From Octopus vulgaris (lineage: Eukaryota): 64,000 nt of DNA. The stretch's first letter is position 1; every line of letters starts with the position of its first letter. Of this stretch, positions 13,563-27,378 are shown one piece after another. Location of the stretch: positions 18,538,001-18,602,000 of the forward strand of contig OX597824.1 of the NCBI GenBank assembly GCA_951406725.2. The letters are read 5' to 3'. Below the pieces are notes generated by a model. It saw only the letters and a program-made list of their open reading frames with translations. It was not told where the DNA came from and made no database searches. Both the position numbers and the translations under genes were made by a program.

Positions 13563-14100
13563 ATACACTCAATAAACACCAGAGTTTAATCTTGGATTAT
13601 CATTCATTAAAATGTCTCTCAGAAGGAAAAAGAATTGAGTATTATTTCCATTCATCACAAGCGTCAGATAAAAGTAGATAGGAGATACTAAGATTAAGAG
13701 ATCAGTGATGAAGCAAACACGACAGAATGTGATGATGGGATTATTGGCATTTTCTTCTTTTTTTCTTTTTAATTTTTGTCCTTTTAGTTCAACAATCAAC
13801 CTATTATCTCATGGCAGAACCAACTTTGCTTTCATTCTCCATAGTTACTAACCAAGTTCTTAGTTTGATAGAATCGACTATACCACATATATATAGAGTT
13901 TCTATTTGATAGTATTTATATATATATACGAGAAGAAAATGGATGTAAATAACAAGGAGAAATTCGTCGTTTCCGCTGGTATGTCTTTAATTTAATGAAT
14001 TAACAAAGAAGGTAGCATTTACGATCGTTTCAATTTACTAGTTTTAGTAAATATCTTCAGAATGCGAAAAATAAATTGATACATCGGTAATGGTAATAAA

Positions 14101-14331
14101 GGCGGCGAGCTGGCAGAAGCGTTAGCACGCCGGGCGAAATGCTTTGCGGTATTTCGTCTGCCGTTACGTTGTGAGTTCAAATTCCACCGAGGTCGACTTT
14201 GCCTTTCATCCTTTCGGGGTCGATAAATTAAGTACCAGTTAGGCACTGGGGTCGATGTAATCGACTTAATACCTATGTCTGTCCTTCTTTGTCCCCTCTG
14301 TGTTTAGCCCCTTGTGGGTAGTAAAGAAATA
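14101..14331 (+). mobile_element. SINE family B2 monomer with 15-bp TSD
   Basis: A-box-like TGGCAGAAGCG and B-box GAGTTCAAATTCC; TSD GGTAATGGTAATAAA at 14086-14100 and 14332-14346. Confidence 0.92.
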
Positions 14332-14531
14332 GGTAATGGTAATAAATTCAAAATTTGTTAGTCTTATATTATATTTTGTTTTTAAGTTGATTATTCCGCT
14401 GGGGAGTGGATTTCATTGTAATTGATTGGTTAGTTTATGGTTCCACTGGGTAATTAAAGCAGTAATCACCAGGGGCACCATTGGATTTAATTATCCCTTA
14501 GAGATTTTAAACTCCTCTAACTGATACCTAC

Positions 14532-14565
<34 letters not shown>

Positions 14566-14569
<4 letters not shown>

Positions 14570-14781
14570 GTGACCTCGTGTGTACCGTTGGCGAATTTTT
14601 TCCCTCTGTCTTCCCTTCTCTGGATCTTTCCTTCTCCTATGTTTCCGACGAAGAGCTCCGCTCGAAACGTTAAACCCTCCTTCTTTCCTTCTTTCCTTCT
14701 TTCCTGAGCGTCCAATAATACTATATTTGTTCCACGTCCTCACGTTGTTGTGTTTTTTTGTGCTTTCTTGTTTGGATTAAC
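14566..14781 (+). mobile_element. Family P: short (TA)n-flanked element, probably a Penelope-like pLTR
   Basis: Second copy at 25817-26022, relatives at 52100-52290 and 40520-40600; contains a hammerhead-like motif. Confidence 0.7.
14641..14675 (+). ncRNA. Minimal type I hammerhead-like motif, U4C core variant
   Basis: GTTT-CCGACGA-A-GAGC(TCC)GCTC-GAAACGTT-AAAC: stem I GTTT/AAAC, stem II GAGC/GCTC, palindromic ACGT stem III. Confidence 0.55.
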
Positions 14782-14832
14782 TATATATATCTATATATAT
14801 ATATAAATAAATATATATATATATATATTTAA

Positions 14833-14955
<123 letters not shown>

Positions 14956-15036
14956 TCCCGGGTTGATACGGGGTTAACCACAGTAAGTAAGGTACTCAAT
15001 ACATAGCAGAGTAAAATTAATTTATTATATAGAAGG

Positions 15037-15087
15037 AGCTTCTACAGGACTAGTACTGTTTCATTCAAGAGAAATCTTCAGGAAGCT
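15037..15087 (-). ncRNA. Type I hammerhead ribozyme
   Basis: Reverse complement of 17401-17451. Confidence 0.75.
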
Positions 15088-15204
15088 ATTTAACAAGAAT
15101 TGTATTAGCATTTATACATTTAGAGGAGTGGTGGTGGGGGACTTTTTGGGGGTAGGCATAGCGCAAAATATCATACTTGGGGGAGTGGTCAAGGTGTGTG
15201 TGTG

Positions 15205-15253
<49 letters not shown>

Positions 15254-15877
15254 ATGTGTGTATGTATGTATTTGTATATGTGTGTGTGTATATGTATGTG
15301 TGCGCGTGTGTGTGTATGTTTGTGTATGTATACTTGTATATGTATATGCATGAATGTATATATATGTGTTTGTATATGTGTATTATGTTTGTATTTATAT
15401 AGATATGTAGTTTATATATATATATATGTATGTATATGCATCTGTCTGTGTGTGTGTATGTGTATATATGCGTATCATTTTTGCGTATGTATACATGTAT
15501 ATGTGTATATGTATGTGCGTGTGTGTGTGTACGTATGTATATATATATATATATATATGTATGTGTATATATGTGTGTGTATATATATATATATATGCAT
15601 GCGTATGTGTATGTACATGTATATATGTATGTGTGTATATGTATATATGTCTATATATGTGAGTATGTAGTAATATAAGTATATGCATGTGTATGTATGG
15701 GTATGTGTATCAGTGTATATGTATATATGTATGTGTGTGTGTATGTATATGTATGTATATGTGTATATATGTATGCGTGTATGTGTATATATATATATAT
15801 GTATATATATATATGTGTATATGTGTGTGTACGTATGTGTATGTGTATGTATGTGTATGTATGTCTATGTATGTATA

Positions 15878-15929
<52 letters not shown>

Positions 15930-16435
15930 TGCGTGTGTGTATGTATGCATATATGTATGTATGCATGTATATGTGTATGTATATATATGTGTGTAAGTGT
16001 GTGCATATATGTATTTGTAAGTATGTGTGCGCGTATGAGTATGTATGTATGCTTGCACACGTGTATATATATATGTGTGTGTGTGTATTTATATGGATGC
16101 GCGTGCGTGTGTGCACGTGTATGGGTACGCATGTATATGTGTATGTGCGTGTATGCGTATACGTGTATGTATGTATGTGTGTGCGTAGATTTGTATATGT
16201 ATGTGTGAGTGTGTATATATATATACATATATATATATACATATATATAGATGGGTGTGTGTATGCGTATAAATGCATGTAAGTATGGATGTATAGATGT
16301 ATGTATGTATGTATACGTATGTATGTGTGTATGTGTGTATGTATATATATGTGTGTGTATATATGTTTGTGTATGTATATATATGTGTATGTATGTGTGT
16401 GTATGTGTATGTGTGTATGTGTAGGTATGTGTATG

Positions 16436-16493
<58 letters not shown>

Positions 16494-16952
16494 TATGTAT
16501 CTGTATGTAGGAGTATATATGTGTGTGTGTGTATGTATATGCGGGTATATATATATATATATATATATGTATATTTATTGGTGTATATGTATAGACTAGC
16601 CTCCTAAAGTGTAGACACGAATCTGTAGGTACGAGTACGTATGTGTATATACGTGAACGTATGTAGATGTTTGTATGTATGAATATAACGCGTGCGTACG
16701 TGTATGTGTATGAGTGTACGAATGGGTGAATGTACGTGCTAATGAGTGTGCGTGCGGGAATGAGTACTTGCCTTCTAGTAGACAGACAAACGGACAAGCA
16801 GCTATTGCCAGGATTCTTAGCCCTAGCGATCAAAGATAACAAAAGTAATAAATGAAGATAATAAAATTAAAATTAGGGAATGGGCCTGTATTGGATTGTA
16901 TATATATATATGTATATGTATATTTGTATGTATGTATGTGTGTATGTGTAGG

Positions 16953-17009
<57 letters not shown>

Positions 17010-17400
17010 AGATATATGTGTATGTGCGTATGTGTGTGTAGATACGTATACATGTGTGTATAGGTATAAGTGAGAATCTCCTTATTTACCTATAACTCTA
17101 TCCCCCCTTTTTTTATATATATATTTTATATATATATTTTATATATATATTTTTTTATATATTTTTTTTATATATATTTTTTATATTTTTTATATTTTTT
17201 ATATTTTTTATATTTTTTATTTTTATTCTTTTATTTTATCCTTTTATTTTTTTATTTATTTATTTATTTATTTATTTTTTTATTTTTTTATTACCTTGAC
17301 CACTCCCCCAAGTATGATATTTTGCGCTATGCCTACCCCCAAAAAGTCCCCCACCACCACTCCTCTAAATGTATAAATGCTAATACAATTCTTGTTAAAT

Positions 17401-17451
17401 AGCTTCCTGAAGATTTCTCTTGAATGAAACAGTACTAGTCCTGTAGAAGCT
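17401..17451 (+). ncRNA. Type I hammerhead ribozyme
   Basis: Stem I AGCTTC/GAAGCT, core CTGAAGA, stem II TTC/GAA (closing U.U mismatch), GAAA, stem III ACAG/CTGT, GUA cleavage triplet ending at 17445. Confidence 0.8.
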
Positions 17452-17462
17452 CCTTCTATATA

Positions 17463-17508
<46 letters not shown>

Positions 17509-18167
17509 GACAGTACAGCATCTTGAGCAGTTTTCCTCCTATTCCATAGACCCGTGGAATTTGGTAAGAAAAAGCTGCGTGAAATCTCATCAGTTTCTGG
17601 TTTGTAGAATTTATCTATCACCTTCACCGTTATTTTACTGTCGTCCATTTTGTTGCAATCACTGGTTTCTGCTTACGTTACTCACCTGAGTATTATTCAC
17701 CCATTATTCGTCATGCTGTCATACGAAGCCATTAAAAATATTACAGCTTTGTACTATTGCTTAAAATAAAATCTATAAACTGATGTCAAATATTTCGAAA
17801 GAAAAAAAAAAACTGCAAGATAAATAGAAAGTACCGTGAAAAAGCAGGTTGGGGGGTGAGGAGTCCTAAATACATTTCTTCTATGAAAATAAAGCGAAAG
17901 AACGGGGGAGCAGGAGCGATCAAACATGATTAAAACGAGTTGCGGGTGAAAGTGGGGTGCTACAATGAAACATCGTACACCTCACATTCTGCACTTTACA
18001 ATACCTAAATTAGTGTTAGCATATTTAATGCAAGGAGCATGGATGATATATAAAACACCTCGTATCTCTTTCGGAATCTTAATCTTACAATAAGTGACTA
18101 ATTCTATTTGATTACTAACGACATTTCTATACTTCTCTTATCATTATTACCATTAATATTATTATTA

Positions 18168-18885
<718 letters not shown>

Positions 18886-19484
18886 CGCACCCCCCCCCAC
18901 TTCTGCCGCAATATCTTAATCATTTCGCATGCTTCCTTGCTTTCCTTCCGTCTTCACTTTTCTTTTATGAGTGACATTTTTTGCTTTAAATTGCGGTCAA
19001 CTGGAGTGTTTAGCGCAGAAAAATAAGCTGCAGCCTCATCAGTATAAAAGGTAACGAAAGAGTGAAAGGAAATACGAAATAAAAGAACAGAACAAAAGAA
19101 GACATCTTTTTCTTGTACTATTTTTGTTTTAATATAAATTTAGTTCATGTTTTTTTTTTTTTTTATTGGTGAGGAAAATAAATGATGTGAAGTAGGAGGA
19201 GGGAGCAAGAAACTTTAAATAAAGTGAAATTTGTAAAATTCATAAAATAGTAATAATGATGTTTTATTTCGAACATTGCATTCAGTACCATTCATGCATA
19301 CAAATACAAAAATCTTAAAATCTAGAGCTTTACAAAAAACGTGTAGGGTGGGAGATACAAGTTGTATAAAGCGACGCGACGGCTCAAAGACGTTATACAA
19401 TGTATGAAGGGACAAGTTTATGAATTTAAGTAAAAACATACAAATATTATGAAAGTGTGCAATAAAAAAAACTGCAATAATAAG

Positions 19485-20465
19485 GGCAGTGAGCTGACAG
19501 AAACGTTAGCACACCGAAAGAAATGCGTAGCCGTATATCGTCTGCCGTTACGTTCTGAGTTCAAATTCTGCCGAGGTCGACTTCGCCTTTCATCCTTTCG
19601 GGGTCGATTAAATAAGTACCTGTTACGCACTGGGGTCGATATAATCGACTTAATCCGTTTGTCTGTCCTTGTTTGTCCCGTCTATGTTTAGCCCCTTGTG
19701 GGCAATAAAAAAAAAAAAAGAAACATTAGCACGTCGGGTGAAATGCGTAGCCGTATATCATCTGCCGCTACGTTCTGAGTTCAAATTCCACCGTGGTCGA
19801 CTTTGCGTTTCATCCTTTCGGGGTCGATAAATTAAATACCAGTTACGCACTGGGGTCGATGTAATCGACTTAATCCATTTGTCTGTCCTTTTTTGTCCTC
19901 TCTGTGTTTAGCCCCTTGTGGGTAGTAAAGAAATAGGTATTTCCTCTTCCGCTACGTTCTGAGTTCAAATTCCGCCGAGGTTGACTTTGCTTTTCATCCT
20001 TTCGGGGTCGATTAAATAAGTACCAGTTACGCACTGGGATCGATATAATCGACTTAATCCGTTTGTCTGTCCTTGTTTGTCCTCTCTGTATTTAGTCCCT
20101 TGTGGGTAGTAAAGAAATAGGTATTTCGTCTGCCGCTACGTTCTGAGTTCCAATTCCGCCGAGGTCGACTTTGCCTTTCATCCTTTCGGGGTCGATTAAA
20201 TAAGTACCAGTTACGCACTGGAGTCGATACAATCGACTTAATCCCTTTGTCCGTGTCTGTCTCCTCTGTGTTTAGCCCTTTGTGAGTAGTAAAGAAATAG
20301 GTATTTCGTCCGTCGCTACGTTCTGAGTTTAAATTCCGCCGAGGTCGACTTTGTCTTTCATCCTTTCGAGGGTCGATAAATTAAGTACCAGTTACGCACT
20401 AAGGTCAATGTAATCGACTAGTCCCTTCTCCAAAAATTTCGGGCCTTATGGCTAGAGTAGAAAAG
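19485..20465 (+). mobile_element. SINE family B tandem array: four B2-tailed units and a final B1-tailed unit
   Basis: Junctions near 19720 and at 19935/6, 20119/20 and 20299/300; CTGCAATAAT repeated at 19472 and 20474. Confidence 0.9.
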
Positions 20466-21559
20466 AAGAAAAGCTGCAATAATTAAAACGATATATTTAA
20501 AGTGGAAGAGTCCATTTGGGTTGATTAGGTCAAATTATTGCCTTTATTATATGCATGCTTTTCACACATCCGCTAAAGTGCCCCTGTTTCATGTAATGCT
20601 GAGTTCGGAATCTTCAATGAAGAGATCTTTGCTTAGATAGGGCGAGTAATGGCCCAAGTCTTTGAGATGAAACGTATGAGAAATATACTCGTTGTATTTT
20701 ACTAATAGTTTATCTTCCTTATGTTGTAGAACAAACCAGTAAATCGTTTTGATATAATAACGCTCATATCGTAAATGTCTTACGTTAGGCTTTTGTTGGC
20801 CTCGCGAAACCATCTTGCAATTCTTTGCTGGAACATTCTAATTATTTATCCGTCGTACCGGAGCCAAGACATTTAAATGCAATGTTGCAGCTTCACAGTG
20901 ATAGACTTTCAGGTAATGTTACCTCAGAAATTCTTCGGAGGAACCTCTTTTTGTGATCGAACTCCTTTCATTATTAACAAACAATTAATGACCACAAATG
21001 AATATCAAAACTCCTCAGAAAGATATACACGTGTGAAAAATAATTGTTGCATTAAAGATATATAAATAAATAAATATAAATATGTATAAAAATATATGTA
21101 AATATGTATAAATATAAGTACATCTTTCTGGGGAGTTTTGATATTGATTTCCTGATATTAATAATAAAATATTATTAAAAAGTATATATGTATAAAATCA
21201 CTTGTGTTAAATATATAAATACTTTAATATTATTAATAATGTGATACAGTTGAGCACACAATATAAATTCAGTATATAATATTCTCACTGAATATAGTTA
21301 ACTAAAGGTTTATGACAATAAATGAATATATAAAATTCTATTCGTAAATGTATCCCTACCGCTACAGTTGATATGTAATCAAGGCATCTCAGAGTAAATT
21401 TTAGTCACTTCCGAACGAGTCAGAAATTAATAAGAATTTTTAAAAAGCAGTTGTTTCTATCATTATCACTGGGCTATAAATTTTGAAGACGAGGGTTACT
21501 GAATCAAATTGGGACCATTTATTTAACCACGGCAAAAACTGAAAAACAGAGTGTCGGTT

Positions 21560-21805
21560 ACGTGGGCTGTGTGGTAAGTAGGTTGCTTACCAACCACATG
21601 GTTCCGGGTTCAGTTCCACTGCGTGGCACCTTGGGCAACTGTCTTCTACTATAGCCTCGGACCGACCAAAGCCTTGTGAGTGGATTTGGTAGACGGAAAC
21701 TGAAAGAAGCCCGTCGTATATATGTATATGTATGTGTATGTATATATATATATATGTGTGTGTGTGTCTGTGTTTTTGTGTGTCTGCGTTTGTGCTCCCA
21801 ACATC
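21560..21805 (+). mobile_element. SINE family A, 5' half
   Basis: Head, body and internal microsatellite present; tail absent. Confidence 0.85.
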
Positions 21806-21959
21806 TAAAGATACTGAAAAGCGAACGAAACTTCGGACGTACAGTAAATGAGGCAGGGTGTTAATTGTTTGTGATTAAATAGACAGAGATGTGAGAGATG
21901 GGTGAAAAAGTGCAATATACATACATACATACATACAGACAGACAGACAGACAGACAGA

Positions 21960-22289
21960 TATGTTTCTTTATTAGCCACACAGGGCTGCACACAGACGGG
22001 ACAAATTACAAAGGAGAGCTTTTCTTTTTGGGGAGAAAAAAAAGTGGGATAGGTTTTCGATCAAAAAAGGAGTCGTGAAAAGGAAAGAAAAAAACGATCA
22101 GTAGGGATCGTGTATCACAGAAATATCATGATGTAAAGTATAAAAGGGGAAGCAGATAAGGTTTGTCCGTGGAAAGAAAAGCCTACGGAAAAGAGCACGG
22201 TAACCTCGGTCAATAATGTCACATGTTAACACATTTTTTTTATGAAGTAAATAACTCTCTGTTTTAAATTTTTCCGGGTTCATAGGATT
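21960..22289 (-). mobile_element. Tx1/L1-type LINE 3' UTR, copy a
   Basis: Homologous to 22313-22663, including the ATCCTATGA stop context; bounded by (GACA)n and (GATA)n. Confidence 0.75.
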
Positions 22290-22312
22290 GGATAGATAGA
22301 CAGATAGATAGA

Positions 22313-22840
22313 TTTCTATATTGGCCACGCAGGGCTGAATACAGAAGGGACAAAATACAAAGTAGAGCTTTTCTTTTTGGGAAGAGAAGGAAAAAAAAAC
22401 AAAAAGAAAAGGAGGTCGAATTCCGATCAAAAGGGATCGTGAAAAGAAACAAAAAAAAGTGGGGGCGATCAATAGGGATCGCGTATCACAGAAATGCCAA
22501 TGTAGAAAGGGAAAACAGATTAAGTTTGTATGTGGATAGAAAAGCCTACGGAAAAGACCACGGTAACCTTGGGCAATAGTGTCATGCAAAAAGAAAACAC
22601 ATTACAGTAAGTGGCTCCCTTTTTTCTTTTCGTTTTTTTTCTTTTCTTTTAGTTCATAGGATTATGCGCAAGCTGGCTCCGACATTCATTCATACCATCC
22701 TTGCTACATTCACCCATCTTTTTTGAAGTATTCACTAGACTAAACTGCCCTCTCTATTCTCACCTTCCTCTTCAAGTGATACTTGAAGAAGTTGATGACA
22801 GATTGACCAGAGAGAAGAGTGTTTGTCTCTAGACCTTTCG
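22313..22840 (-). mobile_element. Tx1/L1-type LINE ORF2 C-terminus plus 3' UTR, copy b
   Basis: Minus strand reads KGLETNTLLSGQSVINFFKYHLKRKVRIERAV*SSEYFKK(fs)RWVNVARMV*MNVGASLRIIL*; homologous to 42960-43200. Confidence 0.75.
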
Positions 22841-22889
22841 ATAGATAGATAGATTAGAAATATATGTTTCTTTATTAGCCACACAGATT

Positions 22890-23140
<251 letters not shown>

Positions 23141-24963
23141 GATACAGAGAGCGGGTTGAGATGTTAGTAGTTGATGATGTCGAACTAGGAGTAAGAAGAA
23201 AGGCGATAAAGTACAAAAGCAAGTGTTCCATTGTATAGTAAAACTGATGTAGGTAGTGGCAGCACAGTCGCAGTGGTGGTGGGGGAGAAGGTGGTGACGG
23301 TGAGGGTCATGGTAGTGTTGTTGGTAGCGGTAGTAATTGTAAAAGGAAAGAAAAAAGATGGAGGAGGAGGAGGCGGAGGAGGGGAGAAGGGGTAAATAAA
23401 AAGAACGCAACGACGACAATGATAATTGAAGGTGATGGTGTTGTTGTTGTTGTTGTCATTTACTTTGTTGATGACTATGATGACGATGATGACGATGATA
23501 ACGATGATGACGACGACGACGACGACGACGACGACGTCATCATCCCAAAGAACAGGAACGGAGATTGAAAAGAAGGAAAAGATACAGAAGAAAAAAGAAA
23601 AAGAAAAGAACAGTAATAGAGATGGAGATAAATGGCGTCGGATGAGGACGTTGGGGGGTAGGGTCTATTATTTGGGGGAAGGAAATGAAGTATTTTGGTT
23701 GTATAAGCTGAATAGTTTAAAGCTATCCGGCTTGCGAGTTTGAACCTTTGTACTTGTTTTCGTTTCATTGTGTGGTGTGTGTGTGTCTGTGTGTGTGAGT
23801 GTATTTCTGTGTGTGTTTGTGTGTGTGTTTGTAACTAGAGATCTGTGTGTATGTGGAGGTAACTTTGTCAGTGGGCGACTGTGTGTATGTGCACGATAGT
23901 GGTTACGTCAATGCTTAAATGTGGGCGTATTTGTATATGTGTACGCTAGTTTCTGTCCGTGTGTCTACTGTGTTTTTAGTGTGTGGTTGGTGCGTGTGTA
24001 AACGTGGGCGCGTGGAAATTTGAATGTGTGGCGGTGTGTTTCTGTTAATTCTATTTTTATTTACTTTGTCTTGTATTTATATTATTTTTTTGTTCGTTGT
24101 CATTGTGTAACGACAAACAATACGCACACACATACACACATACACACACATGTTCCTGCCCATTCTCTCACTTTCTTAGAAATGTATCTATGCATTCTCT
24201 TGCAAAAACTACTCACACACACACACACACATACACACACAAACACACACCGACGCCCACATACGCACAAACCTTACACATATCCGCATGCATATATCCT
24301 TATATAAACTCCACTAATCAGGCTTATACACATACATACACAAACACAAACACACACACATAAAACAACCAGTTCTATTTGATTGATGAAATCAACAAAA
24401 ATGAGTGACAGCAGACTTCAAGGTATTTCAGGTAGAGACTACACCTCCATCCAAAATTTCCCCGACCCCACAAACCACCCAAGCAACTAATCAATCAACC
24501 AACCAACCGAACAAATGATCCTTTGGTTTTAATTTCTATACCCAAGCCCCCTTAGCCTCTATCAAGAAACCCAGCCCGATTCTATTCTGCCCGGATATTA
24601 TGGGATCTCGCTCTACCTCCGCTCTATTCATCAACTAAAACACTTATTCATTCTTTTGTATCTCCTGTACACACACTTACACACTCCTTGTTACAATTCT
24701 CCCTCTCATTCCACTCCTTGGCTCTTTTTTTCTTTTTTTTTGATTCCAATATACCAGAACCACCACTAATTTCAACAGATGACGAGAATTAATTATGACG
24801 ATGACGATGACTATAGTACTGATGATATCAACGATGACGACGATGACGACGACGACGACGACGATGATGATGACGGTTGGAATAATGAGGATGCGGAGAT
24901 GGATAAAGTCGCCAATATATCACAATATAATGCAGGATGGTTTGTCTAAAGAAATAAGTAAGC

Positions 24964-25002
<39 letters not shown>

Positions 25003-25158
25003 AGTTTTACAACTAGCAAACTAAAATACGTAAAGCACACACATACACACTCACACACACAGAAATGAATAGATGCGTACTACAGTGTATATCTCCATAC
25101 GCATATATATCAGTGTACATATAAATAAATACTTATGTATAGTGGTATATCTATATAA

Positions 25159-25242
<84 letters not shown>

Positions 25243-25261
25243 GTTTACAAATGTATATCTT

Positions 25262-25292
<31 letters not shown>

Positions 25293-25776
25293 ATACTCAT
25301 ATGTATATATGTATATATATACATATATATAGCGACATATTGGCAGATCGATCGATAGATAGACAGACAAGCAGACAGACCAAGAGATAGTTAGAGAGAT
25401 ACATACATACACTTACACACACACACACACACGTACACAAGCGCGCGCGCACACTCATTCTCACAAATAAGCGAGCCCCTGTCATGCAACGATGAGGAAT
25501 CCCTTGTTCGTTCGACTAAATCTCTCGTTCCTGAATTATCCTATAATGATTGAGCACTCCACAATCCCATGTACCCCTAGCGTAATTCTCAAAGCAGAAT
25601 CAACGCAACACTCTGCAAGCTTCTACACGCCGAGCTTCTATACATATTCCGTGCACCATCATTACTACTTACAATTGGAGCTTTTGAAAATAATATTTGT
25701 TCAGATACTGCACACTAGGACTACACTCAGGAGTTCATGGTTGTGAAACAAAATTATTTGAAGTTCACCTTTACTG

Positions 25777-25813
<37 letters not shown>

Positions 25814-25816
25814 TCA

Positions 25817-26019
25817 AAATGTGACCTCGTGTGTACCGTTGGCGATTTTTTTCCTCTGTCTTCCCTTCTCTGGATCTTTCCTTCTCCTATGTTTCCGACG
25901 AAGAGCTCCGCTCGAAACGTTAAACCCTCTGTCTTTCCTTCCTTCCTGAACGTCCAATAATACTATATTTGTTCCACATCCTCGCGTTGTTGTGTTTTTT
26001 TATGCTTTCTTGTTTGGAT

Positions 26020-26022
<3 letters not shown>
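25817..26022 (+). mobile_element. Family P element, second copy, hammerhead-like motif at 25891-25925
   Basis: Near-identical to 14566-14781; (TA)n flanks. Confidence 0.75.
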
Positions 26023-26059
<37 letters not shown>

Positions 26060-26312
26060 CGCGCATAAACATGCGTGCATAATTATGTGTGTACGTATGT
26101 ATGTATGTATGTATGTATGTAATTCTACACTTGCTGACATCTGAGCGATTATCATCATGGCAGACATCAAAAGCTTCAAGCAGACAAAGACAACACCATG
26201 TGAATAGCAGAGACCAGTAACCACGCACACACCGCCGCCCTATTACGCAAATCACTCAAGCTACCAAAGCATTACTACGCACCTAAACCACACAACTACT
26301 CTTCCACCAACA

Positions 26313-26347
<35 letters not shown>

Positions 26348-26483
26348 CACACACTCACACACACGCCGGACCCTTTCTTCTCGACATCATTACATAATAC
26401 GCTGTTAGAGAGAAACTGATTGGAAATCAGACGCAACCAAATGTTCTTTACACTTGTCTAAAAAGTTGCAGACGCAAAATAAT

Positions 26484-27131
26484 CTCTTCTTCTTCTTCTT
26501 CTTCTTCTTCTTCTTCTTCTTCTTCTTCTTCTTCTTCTTCTTCTTCTTCTTCTTCTTCGTCTTCTTCCTCTTCCACTTCATCTTCTTCCTCTTCCACTTC
26601 ATCATCTTCTTCTCCTTCTCCCTCTTCTTCTTCTTCTTCTTCTTCTTCTTCTTCTTCTTCCTCCTCCTCCTCCTCTTCTTCTTTTTCTTGCCATTCTTCT
26701 TATTCTTCTTCCTCTTCCTTCTTCTTCTTCCTTCTTCTTCCTCCTCCTCCCCTTCTTCCTCCTCCTCCCCTCCTTCTTTTTCTTGCCCCCTTCTTCTTCT
26801 TCATCTTCTTCTTCTTCTTCTTCCACTTCATCTTCTTCGTCTTCCACTTCATCTTCTTCTTCTTCTTCTTCTTCTTCTTCCACTTCATCTTCTTCGTCTT
26901 CCACTTCATCTTCTTCTTCTCCCTTCTTCTTCTTCTTCTTCTTCTTCTTCCTCTTCCACTTCATCTTCTTCTTCTTCTCCCTCTTCTCCCTCTTCTTCTT
27001 CTTCTTCTTCTTCTTCCTCTTCCACTTCATCTTCTTCTTCTTCTTCTCCCTCTTCTTCTTCTTCTTCTCCTCCCTCTTCTTCTTCTTCTTCTTCCTCTTT
27101 TTCTCCTTCCCCTCCTTCTTTTTCTTCTTCT
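26484..27131. repeat. Polypyrimidine (TTC)n tract with higher-order TTCCACTTCATC units
   Basis: Seen directly. Confidence 0.95.
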
Positions 27132-27378
27132 TGTCGATGACGCCATTGTTATCATCATTATTGCCGTCGTCGAATTTGCTAACAGCTGTTGTTTTGATCA
27201 GTTCTGCTTTGATCTAGTTGTCCAATTTACAGTCAAAGGCGTTCCAGTCTTGGCCATCCTATTATATTTTTGTAAAGTCGTGTTATAAATGACTACATTA
27301 TCCAAAGTGTCCATCGTTATTTATGACACTAAATGTATTATTTGAATTCCATTTGCTTGCTATATCAAGTAAGTCGAA

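Noticed and set aside
17505-17700. Minus-strand ORF start MDDSKITVKV..., a CAG|GTGAGT donor and a CTGATGA word
   Set aside because: No recognisable protein, no acceptor partner, and no GAAA or stems to complete a hammerhead.
19485-20465. Tandem array as a possible CRISPR or satellite
   Set aside because: There are no unique spacers, and the units are SINE bodies also found as TSD-flanked monomers.
20589-20813. 74-aa complex-sequence ORF
   Set aside because: No motif recognised and no clear splice sites.
26454-27217. Glu/Lys-rich or Ser/Phe-rich ORFs
   Set aside because: Entirely explained by the (TTC)n tract; no splice or domain support.
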